This document shows positions 30,517-39,795 of a DNA stretch of 42,879 nt, in pieces; positions within the stretch are counted from its first letter, which is position 1, and each line of letters opens with the position of its first letter. The DNA is taken from assembly GCA_003152595.1 (NCBI GenBank), contig PMAM01000345.1, positions 1 through 42,879 on the forward strand. The letters run 5' to 3'. Both the position numbers and the translations under genes were made by a program. Below the pieces are notes generated by a model. The model made no database searches. It was not told the DNA's origin and was given only the letters and a program-made list of their open reading frames with translations. Source of the stretch: Acidobacterium sp. GTDB taxonomy: Bacteria > Acidobacteriota > Terriglobia > Terriglobales > Acidobacteriaceae.

Positions 30517-32070
30517 CTAGACGTAGAACTTGAGTGGTTGCTTTTCCGCATCACGAGCTGATCCCATGGTCAACACATTGCCCACCTTGTTCGCAAATCG
30601 TATGGTGACCGGGAGTCCGTCGTTGTAATTGCAAGCGTTGTAGTTGATCTTTGTGAGACCCATGATGTCGGCTAGGACCGTGCGAATGTGAGGGCGCCTT
30701 CCCGTGCTACGCAGAACGGTGATCGACAGCGGGTTCGGTGTTTCAGGGCCGATATAGGTATCAAGCCTGGGCACAAAACCGTTCGTCCACAGCAGGGCGT
30801 TGCGGTCGTTGAGGATAATGGCGGTTCCGCGCAATACCGGATAATCACCGTCGCGGAACAACTTGGACTCGCCGTGCGTCTCCTTGATGCGGACGCCAAC
30901 GACATTGGTACCTTTCGGCGCGGCCTTCTTGAAGGCTTTCCATTCTTCCTCGTTGAAGGTCGTTCGTCCGTGTATAAAGAATTCTTTCGGCGGCGCGCCG
31001 TGCTTTTCCTTGAATGTTTCGAGCACCTTGGCTATCAGACTTTGTGCCTCTTTTGGCTGAAGGTGAAATTCATAGTCCCCGGTTTTCCATGGGCCGTTTG
31101 CGCCCCGAAATACAACGGCGTCACTCTCATTGAGAAACATTTGCGCCGCGCAACAAGCGTGTTCCTGCGGGTCGTTCGGAATCATCTTGAAGACAAGCCC
31201 GATATAGCAAACGCCCGGTCTGACGTGGGCCAGCTTCCACGGCGGTTCCGGTTGAGTCTTGTAGTAAAGCCCGGTCGCCAGATTCCACGCCACCGTTGCA
31301 GGGTCTTGTAACCCTCGGATCGGATAGCCCGCGCTGTTCAGGAATCTGTCGGGTGCCAGTGTCGTCTCGCGGATAAGTTGCGAGGTGTGTCCGAGTTTGA
31401 GCAACCGCGCCTTCACCTGGCGGTGAAAATCCGGCACGTCGTCGAAGATATCTTCGGCGGTCTGGTCAATGACCCCCTGAAACAGCGGAAGGTCGGTTTT
31501 TTCTTTCTGGTTCTTGCCGAATTCACCCTTTGTCAGTTCGAGGCCGGTGCGTCGCGCCAGCGGCTTGCAACGTTGGAAGATGATCTCGGGGAGAATGAAC
31601 ATCCAGACATCGACCGTCTTTTCCTCGTTCTTGTCATAGCGTTCGATTTCACCCACGTAGAGGTCTACCGCCTTGCGTACCGCCTCGTGCTGGTTCGCCG
31701 TGTGCGTGGCGTCGTCGAGCGTCTTGTAGTCGACCGTGCGCTGGACAAACTCGCCGGGACTGATCATGATGCTGAACGCTTCTTCCAGTCCCGGAAAATT
31801 CGAAAGGTGCAGTCTGTGTTCTTTGTCGGTCTTCTTGCGCGGCGGCACGGGAACGAAACCGCCAAGCGCAATGGCCCAGGTCCGAAAATACGAAAGCCCG
31901 TCCTTCGTTCCTATGACTCCGACGGAAACCTCACGCGGACGCGTGGGACCACTGTGCGGCCCGTAGAGGAAAAGCCCGTCCTTCGGATGGTCGCTGGTCT
32001 GCCCGTGGCCGAAAGACAATTCCGGCTCGTCGATATGGATGACGTTGAGGTTTTTTTTAGGCAGTTCCAT
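30517..32070 (-). CDS. Short prokaryotic Argonaute (MID-PIWI only, catalytically inactive type) of a SPARTA system
   Basis: 517 aa from the ATG at 32070 ([24 protein letters not shown]...), overlapping the upstream stop by 14 nt. From memory, it is collinear with characterised SPARTA pAgos: [96 protein letters not shown]-terminal KFYV. The canonical DEDX positions read IGLVF and IHGRT, so the Asp residues are absent. There is no N/PAZ region. Confidence 0.93.
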   Translation of the reverse strand: MELPKKNLNVIHIDEPELSFGHGQTSDHPKDGLFLYGPHSGPTRPREVSVGVIGTKDGLSYFRTWAIALGGFVPVPPRKKTDKEHRLHLSNFPGLEEAFSIMISPGEFVQRTVDYKTLDDATHTANQHEAVRKAVDLYVGEIERYDKNEEKTVDVWMFILPEIIFQRCKPLARRTGLELTKGEFGKNQKEKTDLPLFQGVIDQTAEDIFDDVPDFHRQVKARLLKLGHTSQLIRETTLAPDRFLNSAGYPIRGLQDPATVAWNLATGLYYKTQPEPPWKLAHVRPGVCYIGLVFKMIPNDPQEHACCAAQMFLNESDAVVFRGANGPWKTGDYEFHLQPKEAQSLIAKVLETFKEKHGAPPKEFFIHGRTTFNEEEWKAFKKAAPKGTNVVGVRIKETHGESKLFRDGDYPVLRGTAIILNDRNALLWTNGFVPRLDTYIGPETPNPLSITVLRSTGRRPHIRTVLADIMGLTKINYNACNYNDGLPVTIRFANKVGNVLTMGSARDAEKQPLKFYV

Positions 32071-33472
32071 CGGTCTCACCCTCTGAGTTGAACAGGCCCA
32101 GCGTGGAGTCGTCGGTTTCCTCCGCGTCGTCTTCCATCCTCTCCGGCAACACGGTCGTGACCGGCGACGTGAACGCGACCGGCCTCGAATCAAGGGTGAT
32201 GGCGCAAGCGGCGGAGAGAGGCACGGTAATATGCGAACACTCTCCCGAGAGCAGTTCAAGATAAGCCATGAGGCGGCCATGCCATGTGTTATTGCGCCAG
32301 CCCTTGCAGATGGTCCGTCGTAAACGATGCTGTATTGCGCTGTCCCCGATGACGGAACCGGCTCGATTGCCCGCGGCGAGTTCAGCGAACAACACGCGGG
32401 CTTTCAGCTTGAAATGCAGATACGGCCAGAAGGCCGGTGTTGCTGACATGCCATATTGCCACACGCGGCCACCGGCGGCGTTGCGCAGCATGGAGGACCG
32501 GCGCTTGCCTTGACGGCCCCAGGAAATCTTCTTGCCCAACGGCGTCTGCGCATCGCCGATGTGGAACGCCGTCTGCGTCGCAAAAAGGTACTCGTACAAC
32601 CCCTTTGAGCGGCAGAAATTTTCCCATGCGCGGCGGAACATGGAGAACACAAGGTTTTTTGCCTCGCGTGGCTCTATGTCCGGTGATTGACCGCCGCAAT
32701 CAATGAAGTCAAGCAACCTATGTTCGGAATGGATTTCAAACGGGGCAACCTCGGCGAAGTCGCGCGCAACTTCCTCCGACGACGCGAATGAAAAGAAACC
32801 GCGCTGGTAGACCTCGGCGGGTAGCGTGCTTTCACGGCACGTTTGCTCCATCAATTCGAGGTTGATTGGCCCCGGAGGAGAGTAGTAACGAACTGTCTCG
32901 GGGAGGCTGGCGACGCGAAGCCAGTTGGACGTTAGGACCTCCGGCTTTTTCTCGACTTTGATCGCCAGCCGCCTTCGATAGTTCTCCCAATTCGGATTGA
33001 TCGCGGGAGTGGGCGTGCGCGGCACGTTCTGTTTTTCGAAGGTGTCGAGCAGGTCATGCAGACCCCTGGCCCAGCTACCCAGAAAATCGACCCATTGAAG
33101 TTCGCCAATGCCGAACAGCTTTTTGAATACCTCAAGGCGAAGCGGAATGACGAATCGCTTGTCTTTCAACTCCTTCGCAACATCCGAAGCGATTCCGATT
33201 TCCTCTTGGACACCGGGCTTGTCTAGGGTAGCGTCGCGGCAACACAGGAGCATCTTCACGGCTTGACTCTGCAACGTCCCCGTAATCTCCCTTCGCCAGC
33301 GATCACCCGCTTCAAGGGAAAGAATGTCCGCAAAAACGATGTACCCTGCGGCCTCGAGGCGCGGAGCGAGCCACAGCACAAAGTCATCGTCCTCGGGGGT
33401 AGCCTTGCTGATGAACACGAGATTTCGCGTTTTTGGGTTTGCGCTCTCATCCGCGTTGTGGGAGGTTGACAT
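32057..33472 (-). CDS. TIR-APAZ protein (NADase effector partner of short pAgo; SPARTA)
   Basis: 471-aa ORF starting at an ATG. N-terminal TIR domain ([43 protein letters not shown]...[10 protein letters not shown], with a candidate catalytic Glu). APAZ-like remainder with conserved blocks [35 protein letters not shown] and [20 protein letters not shown], and an acidic C-tail. Confidence 0.93.
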   Translation of the reverse strand: MSTSHNADESANPKTRNLVFISKATPEDDDFVLWLAPRLEAAGYIVFADILSLEAGDRWRREITGTLQSQAVKMLLCCRDATLDKPGVQEEIGIASDVAKELKDKRFVIPLRLEVFKKLFGIGELQWVDFLGSWARGLHDLLDTFEKQNVPRTPTPAINPNWENYRRRLAIKVEKKPEVLTSNWLRVASLPETVRYYSPPGPINLELMEQTCRESTLPAEVYQRGFFSFASSEEVARDFAEVAPFEIHSEHRLLDFIDCGGQSPDIEPREAKNLVFSMFRRAWENFCRSKGLYEYLFATQTAFHIGDAQTPLGKKISWGRQGKRRSSMLRNAAGGRVWQYGMSATPAFWPYLHFKLKARVLFAELAAGNRAGSVIGDSAIQHRLRRTICKGWRNNTWHGRLMAYLELLSGECSHITVPLSAACAITLDSRPVAFTSPVTTVLPERMEDDAEETDDSTLGLFNSEGETDGTA

Positions 33473-33995
33473 CGCCGCTACAATACCCCATTAAGGCCTT
33501 GCAAAGAACTGGGCTGCCGATCTTTTGCATCGGTCTGATTGCAAGTGTAGCGGTTTGGCCCTGGCAGACACTTAGGTCTTGCTAAACGGGAAGAATTTAG
33601 CGACCTTCCGGGAACATAGTTGATCTCAGCGAGTGCGAAATCGCCAAGGCACTCACCGAGGCGTTTTGATCCCATCTGCAATTGTCAGGTTATCGCTCGG
33701 GAAACCGCAACAGATGGGCGACGGAGACCACCAAGAGCAAGGGCCGAAGGCTGCCAAAGAAACTTAGCGGTGGAAGCGACGAAGACCGCCGGCGGCGGGA
33801 GCGACGAGGACCGCCCAGAATGTCGTGCCGGCGCGCGTCTTTTCAGGATGATGCGTGCGCTCGTTTTTTGTTATGAGGTGGGTGGTGTGTGCGCCGCGGT
33901 TTGGCTGGAGTAGGGCTCACGGCCGGAGGGCACGACCACCCTCCGTGCTCCGTTTGGATGTGGTGCGGGGATTCAGCCACACCACGCCCGAGAGC

Positions 33996-35369
33996 TCAGT
34001 TCCATTGGCCACCCTCCCCCTCACAGGTCCAGACTCCGTATCTTTCTCCGATGGACGGGCCCATCTTTCTGAGCAACTCACATTCTTCCACGAGAGTTTC
34101 CGGTGAGAGCAGTTCGTAAACCAGGCGGGCGATGTCCGCGGGAGGAAGTTGGCAGACGAACCCCTCTTTCCGCAGGATGAACGAAGCCTCATTTTGTGTC
34201 GCGGCCATGGCTTCCTTGCCCGCGTGATCGACCGCCCAGCCCGCCGCGTAGAAATACCCGAGCACCTGAAGGAGGTTGATAGATGTGGTGTAGGCCTTGG
34301 CTCCAATCACCAGGTCAACGCAGGTTCGATCGTCCAGCGGAAAGACGGTGAGAGGCGCGGCATTGGGCACGAACTGAATGATGTCGATCGAAGAGGCGGT
34401 AATTACCAGCTCATCCCCCCACCCTTCGCGGGCGCCGATCACCTCCTTTCTTTTTGCGGCCTGCTCGGAGAAATCCCGCAGACTGGAAAAATCCGCGCAC
34501 TCGACATAGCAGTGCGGCGCAAGCAACGCTGCACTCCACCCCTTGGCCCCGGCCTCTGCCAAAAGGTCGCGCAGCCCTCCCAGGTGATTCTTCGGGGTCA
34601 CGGGCAAGACTCCGGAGATCACGGATTTTCCCTCCACGACGCCACTTCCCGAAGTTAAGACACCGGCAGCGTCGCGCAGAATCTGTTTTTGGCGAATGAG
34701 GCGCCGGCTTTTCGCGTTCCCGCTCTTCACCTCAATCAACTCCACATCCCCATTGTCATGGATGGCAGTGACGTCCCCGATGGCGATCGAATTGGTCACC
34801 GCATTGAAGATGGCTCTTCGGTTCGCCGAGTCGTTTATGGCCGCCCAGTGGCCCAACTCGGCGACGGTGCCCTCGGCGAGAATGGTCTGCTTCACCGGGT
34901 GGGAGCAAAGGATGCGCGTCGTGAACCGATCATAGTCGAAGGCCCGCCACGCCATGCCATCCCCGATTTGCCGTATGGCATTGGCAATCAAACCATGCAG
35001 TGTGATCTGCGACTGGATGAACTCCGCGGCACGATCGGGAAGATTAGCTTCGGCCGCGAGCTTCTCCTTGTAGCTCTTGATCGATTTCTCCTGAACCACG
35101 ATGTCTTCCAGCATATGAAGCTGCAGTTTGGAGAGAGCCAGCTTGTTGCTCTTCCGCTTTCGGCTGATCGACAGATAGCCCTCAAGGATATCGGGATACT
35201 CCGAGGTGGCAAGACGAACCATGCCTGCGGCTTCATGCGCCTTGCCCGGGTTGCCTCGGTTCACGCTCCATGAAAAGGCGCGCCGATACTTATTGCGCAA
35301 GCGTTCCGGATCGGACGCAGATTTATCTTTCTTCGGGCTCATTGGCGCATTATAGGGCGACGAGCGCAC
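33996..35369 (-). CDS. Hypothetical protein with PD-(D/E)xK nuclease-like motif
   Basis: 457-aa ORF (GTG at 35369; in-frame ATG at 35342 gives MSPKKDK...). The central segment NSIAIGDVTAIHDNGDVELIEVKSGN fits the D...(D/E)xK restriction-endonuclease-fold signature. Coiled-coil-like N-region. No family recognised. Confidence 0.55.
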   Translation of the reverse strand: MRSSPYNAPMSPKKDKSASDPERLRNKYRRAFSWSVNRGNPGKAHEAAGMVRLATSEYPDILEGYLSISRKRKSNKLALSKLQLHMLEDIVVQEKSIKSYKEKLAAEANLPDRAAEFIQSQITLHGLIANAIRQIGDGMAWRAFDYDRFTTRILCSHPVKQTILAEGTVAELGHWAAINDSANRRAIFNAVTNSIAIGDVTAIHDNGDVELIEVKSGNAKSRRLIRQKQILRDAAGVLTSGSGVVEGKSVISGVLPVTPKNHLGGLRDLLAEAGAKGWSAALLAPHCYVECADFSSLRDFSEQAAKRKEVIGAREGWGDELVITASSIDIIQFVPNAAPLTVFPLDDRTCVDLVIGAKAYTTSINLLQVLGYFYAAGWAVDHAGKEAMAATQNEASFILRKEGFVCQLPPADIARLVYELLSPETLVEECELLRKMGPSIGERYGVWTCEGEGGQWN

Positions 35370-35455
35370 GCGCGGTGCAACTCAGCGAATGTCGGCAATC
35401 CAATTGGACCTAGCTGCCATTACTGAAGCGGTTTCGGGCATGGCGGAACGATGGT

Positions 35456-36271
35456 TCACCGGCCTCTTGGGTTTCTGGCAGAGCATGAATCGCAGAAATC
35501 GCGCTTGAAATCCTCGACAATCGTGATCACATCAACGGACTGTGCACTGGACACATACTTGAGTTTTTCACAAATCACTTTTCGCATGGGCGACACACTG
35601 AAGGCAGTCCCCGGATCAATCGTCTGAGTAAGGTCCTCCCAGAGCTGAAGGTGTTGGCACCAGCGGCATCGCTCCTGGGCGATGAATCGCAGAGTGCGCA
35701 TGTATCCAAGGAGTTTCTTGGGATGGGCTGGCGGAGAGCCGATAATTTTCACCAAGTGCTGCGCCATTCGGGACAATTCTTCGTCCGATTGGTTTGCATG
35801 AAGTTGATCTCGATGCTGACGATCAGACTTGGCGATATCCTGCTCGTAGCGCATCAATAGTGTTCTGTTTTCGAGGACCTCGGCAGCTTCCTCCGCGATT
35901 GGCTTGAATCCCATTGCGTCCGCTTCTGGGTAGAGCATTTCCGCTGCCGCTTTGGCACCGTCAATATCGCCTCGAACCTCCAGAAATCGAATCTTCAGTT
36001 TATCGAGCGTCAGTCGGCCCTCAACCAGACCGCTAGGGCGTGAGAGTCGGTAAGCCTCGTTGAAGATATTGTCAATCGACGCTTCTACCGGCTCAGGCAC
36101 TTTGTACGATTGGTGGCTATTGATCGCTTCCATTCGCTTTTCAAATAGCCCGCCGATTCGTACGTAAAGCCTGACGATGAGAGCCTGGACAATGAGAATC
36201 GGATGCCTTAAATCGTAAGCCTCTAGCAGTGCCTCGTCAGCCTGTTGTTCCCACCCTGATTGATTGCGCAC
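35456..36271 (-). CDS. Helical-repeat protein with C-terminal Cys cluster; possibly the C-terminal part of the upstream DUF4365-like gene
   Basis: 271-aa ORF from GTG at 36271. Its frame is open up to 36331 (…SEFLYPSDTKRAKQNLQDAV-RNQSGWEQQ…) and overlaps the upstream ORF by 49 nt. The C-terminus carries CRWC...CEKL...CDSC (zinc-ribbon-like). Confidence 0.5.
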   Translation of the reverse strand: MRNQSGWEQQADEALLEAYDLRHPILIVQALIVRLYVRIGGLFEKRMEAINSHQSYKVPEPVEASIDNIFNEAYRLSRPSGLVEGRLTLDKLKIRFLEVRGDIDGAKAAAEMLYPEADAMGFKPIAEEAAEVLENRTLLMRYEQDIAKSDRQHRDQLHANQSDEELSRMAQHLVKIIGSPPAHPKKLLGYMRTLRFIAQERCRWCQHLQLWEDLTQTIDPGTAFSVSPMRKVICEKLKYVSSAQSVDVITIVEDFKRDFCDSCSARNPRGR

Positions 36272-37488
36272 AGCATCTTGGAGATTCTGTTTGGCCCTCT
36301 TCGTATCGCTCGGATACAGGAACTCGGAATTTCAGCGTGAAAGAGCGTCTCGTTGATTTGGATGTTTGCCTGCATTCCTTCCAGAAAGAGCAGGAGCAGC
36401 TTCGCATCCAGCTTGATTCCTCGATGCGCATTGGGGTGAACAAGGATTTCCGTTGTCACGTCGCGCAACCTCTCCAAAATGGCCGCACGAGTATCGCCGT
36501 CCTTCTCCGTAAGGTATTGGTGATGGAGTGCATCTTGACGTGCCTCAAGCGCTTCAAGTCCCTCCAGCGCCCGCGAACGCGCCAAAAGGCGCTGTTGGTA
36601 GGTTTCCGCGTTGATGAGTCCGATATGGAACTCGGCCCCGTCTCGGAGGGTGATAAGAAACGATTGGTCCCGCGCATTGAGTTCACTTTTGCGCGCCAAT
36701 GCCCGTCGTATATGCCCAAGCGCCGCATAGTGGTCGCCTCGGGTAAATTCGGCATACCCTGCGGTTAGTTGAATCCGCGCCGTCTCCCGGATTTCCAGAT
36801 CAAGAAGCCGCATGAGGTCAAGCACTTCCACGGGGAAACCGGCAGCCACAATGGTGGCTCCGCTGGCAAATAACACATCCCGCGCTTGAGCTGGATCGGT
36901 GATGCTCAGCGATTCGCTGTCAATGCTGAGGACAACGGTTTCGCCGCCGGTGGCCTTGGCCAGCGAGTCATGGATTTGGCGATGGAGACGCCCTTCCTTC
37001 ATGATTCGGGCGTGAATGCCCGGGAGTGACGCTTGCGAGAAGCGTTCGCCAAAATTCAACGCGATCCATTGCTGCTCTCGCCAGGCCGGATTCTCTTCAT
37101 TCAATCGGCGGCTTTCATCCTGAGCCCAAGTGAACCAGAACTCATCCTTCTCAAGGTCGTAGAGGATATAGATTGGCGCAGTCCCGTTTAAGAGATAATT
37201 CAGATTGGCTGTGCGGACGGAATGCGAAAACGACCCGTCGCGGAGAGGAGCGAGGCGGCTGGCTGCCTTCATCTGCACCTGGCCGCGAAAGTTGGTCATT
37301 CGACGGTCCATTTTGAGTTCAAATGAGCCGTCCAGACCATAGTCTTCGACCCGTTCATCGCGGAAGATGATTTCGTCCTGCCCCTTTAGGAGCGCATTGA
37401 GCGCCTTGATGCTCTCGCGTTGGAGTTCAGCCTTTTCGTCCGAGACGGGGAGTGGACCAAGATCCGGGCTGTCGTCGCCAAAACTCAC
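36223..37488 (-). CDS. DUF4365-like (PD-(D/E)xK-type) N-terminal domain protein with helical C-region
   Basis: 421-aa ORF (GTG start). The N-terminal block EDYGLDGSFELK...GQVQMKA...VRTANLNYLLNGTAPIYILYDLEKDEFWFTW matches my recollection of the DUF4365 pattern. The remainder is alpha-helical repeat-like. The last 35 or so residues (IPSSCIRAIRRGPNRISKMLCAINQGGNNRLTRHC) look like out-of-frame sequence. Confidence 0.6.
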   Translation of the reverse strand: MSFGDDSPDLGPLPVSDEKAELQRESIKALNALLKGQDEIIFRDERVEDYGLDGSFELKMDRRMTNFRGQVQMKAASRLAPLRDGSFSHSVRTANLNYLLNGTAPIYILYDLEKDEFWFTWAQDESRRLNEENPAWREQQWIALNFGERFSQASLPGIHARIMKEGRLHRQIHDSLAKATGGETVVLSIDSESLSITDPAQARDVLFASGATIVAAGFPVEVLDLMRLLDLEIRETARIQLTAGYAEFTRGDHYAALGHIRRALARKSELNARDQSFLITLRDGAEFHIGLINAETYQQRLLARSRALEGLEALEARQDALHHQYLTEKDGDTRAAILERLRDVTTEILVHPNAHRGIKLDAKLLLLFLEGMQANIQINETLFHAEIPSSCIRAIRRGPNRISKMLCAINQGGNNRLTRHC

Positions 37489-37714
37489 CGGGAATCATTC
37501 TCCTTCCGGGTCGAATTATTTCACTTTCAAATCCGCAGAGGAAAATCGATCCAACTTAGTCATGTGTCCTAATCGACGTGCAGGATGGCACGACGGCTTT
37601 TGGAACGGGGCATGGACGAAGTACGGCCGAGGACGCGGGAGTGGATGGCCGGGTGCGCGGCCGTGGGTGGTGGCGCGCTGCTACACTTTCTTGACGACCT
37701 AAGGGGCTGCGAAG

Positions 37715-38311
37715 TTGCTCTATACGGCTGAAAATGACCCAGAGCTCGGAACTTGGCTTCGCCACAACGCCGACAGCAAGAGTCCGTTCATTCGCACACT
37801 GGTCGAAGCGGCGAAGCTGGCTTCTCCCGGCGAATATACCGCCCTGCAACGAGCCCTTCGCCGCTTTCGGGCGTCCGATCCCGAACCCGACTCTTCCGTT
37901 CACACCCTGGTTACGGATGCCTACAAGGTGGTGTTCAACGAGCAGAAAGAACTCGATCATCTCGACGTCGCCTTCACTCGATTCAACGCTTCCGTCTTTG
38001 ACAACGCCTTCCCGGAGACGAAAATTCGCTATGCCAGTTCGATTGTGAGCCAAGAGGAGCCCGGCTGGCCCATCGGTTTGTTCGCCCTGCCAGATGACCC
38101 TGTCACTTACCGCGCGCCAAGCCAGTTTCGTTTGGACGTTCCCCACATCTTCATCGCCGAGAAGCTGAGCGGCGTAGCTCCCGTCGACGAATGGGTCCTC
38201 CTACACGAGATGTGTCATTACAAGGTGCCGAACCACGGACCAGATTTCATTGCCCAAGTCAAACAGGCATTGGATGCGACCGGCTGGCGGACACTCATCG
38301 GCAGCTTCTGA
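37715..38311 (+). CDS. SprT-like zinc metalloprotease-domain protein
   Basis: 198-aa ORF (TTG start, AAGGGG upstream). HExxH motif in the context DEWVLLHEMCHYKVPNHGPDF, typical of SprT-like domains. Confidence 0.55.
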   Translation: MLYTAENDPELGTWLRHNADSKSPFIRTLVEAAKLASPGEYTALQRALRRFRASDPEPDSSVHTLVTDAYKVVFNEQKELDHLDVAFTRFNASVFDNAFPETKIRYASSIVSQEEPGWPIGLFALPDDPVTYRAPSQFRLDVPHIFIAEKLSGVAPVDEWVLLHEMCHYKVPNHGPDFIAQVKQALDATGWRTLIGSF

Positions 38312-38390
38312 TCGTCCGTGGGAGTCACAGCGCTTGTAAACCCGTGCGCTATCCTGGTCTTTCCCCCAACTATAGACGCCGGAGGCCGGA

Positions 38391-39155
38391 GTGCCCGCCA
38401 GGAACAAGTACCTTCGCCGTTACACACATCTTGAGTCCTTGCGACACATGCTTTGCACGAAGTCCCTCACCCTGCTCGACTATCGCAAGTGGAAGGACAA
38501 GAACGACTCGTACTTTCTCAAGATGTACCAGGAAGAGCGGAAGCGGAAGTCTCTCCTCGTGCTCTGCCTCACGAGTGCTTCGGAGCGATTCCATCTGTGG
38601 CATGTGTTCGGGCCGAAAAAGGAAAGGCGTTCGCTTCTGAGTGCAGGTCAGCCATTCGGATGTGGTCCCTATAACGGCTCTTCACCCTTAGCCAAAATCG
38701 GAGTTCGGATTCGATTCGACCGCTCCAAGCTGATTGAAGCCCTCGCCAACTATCGGGGAATGGTTCGATGGGACGCCGTTGACTATCTAACTCACGCCCA
38801 GCTGGAGGCGCTCGCGACCGAGCGGAACGCAGTCGGTGCCATCGAGCGGTTGCCCTTTATCAAGCGCTATGGCTTTCGCGATGAACTGGAGTTCCGCATC
38901 CTCTTTGAATCAACTAAACGGCAGCTTCCGACTATCGAGATTCCCATTCCCATCGCGTGCATCAACAGAATCATCTTTAGCTACAAACTCAACTATGGAG
39001 ACTACAGAGCAATCCAAGATGCATTGCGTTCAATGGATGGCTGCGCGGGCCTGGATATCCGGCGCTCCAATCTCACCGAAAGCAAGACATGGAAGACCGC
39101 CGGGCAGGAAGTTGTCCTGGCGGCAAGACAAGCAGTAGCGATTAAGAAAAGATGA
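38391..39155 (+). CDS. DUF2971-like hypothetical protein
   Basis: 254-aa ORF (GTG with a GGAGG SD). The N-terminal YLRRYTHLESLRHMLCTKSLTLLDYRKWKDKNDSYF and the later FIKRYGFRDELEFRILF resemble the DUF2971 pattern as I recall it. Confidence 0.45.
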   Translation: MPARNKYLRRYTHLESLRHMLCTKSLTLLDYRKWKDKNDSYFLKMYQEERKRKSLLVLCLTSASERFHLWHVFGPKKERRSLLSAGQPFGCGPYNGSSPLAKIGVRIRFDRSKLIEALANYRGMVRWDAVDYLTHAQLEALATERNAVGAIERLPFIKRYGFRDELEFRILFESTKRQLPTIEIPIPIACINRIIFSYKLNYGDYRAIQDALRSMDGCAGLDIRRSNLTESKTWKTAGQEVVLAARQAVAIKKR

Positions 39156-39498
39156 TCACACGAGGGGTGCGTGCAGGTCCGCCTTGCAGGTTGCAGCGAT
39201 TCTGTCGCCCGGAGGCCTGTGGCTCAGCCTGATCGCTTCGACCGAGACCGGCTGCGGCAAGTCGGTCCGCCGCGTCGCTCGGCACGGGAGGTTGCCCTCG
39301 CCATCAAATCGGCTTTGGAAATTGTGGAACTCCGTGCGGCCGAGTTCCGCGGCCATCATACCCGGCCTGGTTCTGTCTCTCGTGCCAGCGCACGATGCCG
39401 ACGCAGCCCTCCTGCCGACATGACTGAAGCTCGGACAACGAGCATCCCGTTCTCGACGAGCGCATAATCGCCATCCATGTAAGTCATCATCTGTCAAG

Positions 39499-39538
39499 AA
39501 AAAAGCACGAGAGTGCTGGTCGCGCTCAGGAGAGCGCG
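39499..39538 (-). terminator. Tandem-hairpin rho-independent terminator (minus strand)
   Basis: On the minus strand: CGCGCTC-tcct-GAGCGCG (39538-39521), then AGCAC-tctc-GTGCT (39517-39504) running directly into TTTTTT (A-run 39499-39504 on plus). It lies about 260 nt downstream of the IS110 transposase stop. Confidence 0.6.
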
Positions 39539-39795
39539 CATTCGTTCTGATCCGGCCATCCGCCTGCGCGTGTGCCTCTCGGCTGGTGGTCCCTGCTCCC
39601 GCAGGACCGGACATCCATTTGCTGCCTCAAGCTCCGAAGAGCCGTCGCAGAAGATTGAGTTTGTGTTCTCTGCCAGTCCCGAAACAATGCGAAGAGAGCC
39701 TCGGGAGTTTCCTCCGTCGCCCGGGCGATTTACTGCAGGACCTGGCAGCCTGCGCATCGAATGATCTTGTTTTTGTTCTCCCTATTAGGAAGGTT

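Noticed and set aside
30517-32280. The 587-aa version of the Argonaute ORF, starting at 32280.
   Set aside because: The extra 70 residues are Arg/Pro-rich, overlap the TIR-APAZ coding region by more than 200 nt, and precede the conserved pAgo N-terminus (MELPKK...[14 protein letters not shown]). The ATG at 32070 is preferred.
39156-39614. 152-aa minus-strand ORF and overlapping plus-strand ORFs between the DUF2971-like gene and the IS110 element. A 44-aa minus-strand ORF (MMTYMDGDYALVENG...) also starts near 39490.
   Set aside because: The translations are Arg/Ala-rich without motifs, and the 152-aa ORF runs through the double-hairpin terminator. This could be remnants of a disrupted gene, but nothing is recognisable.
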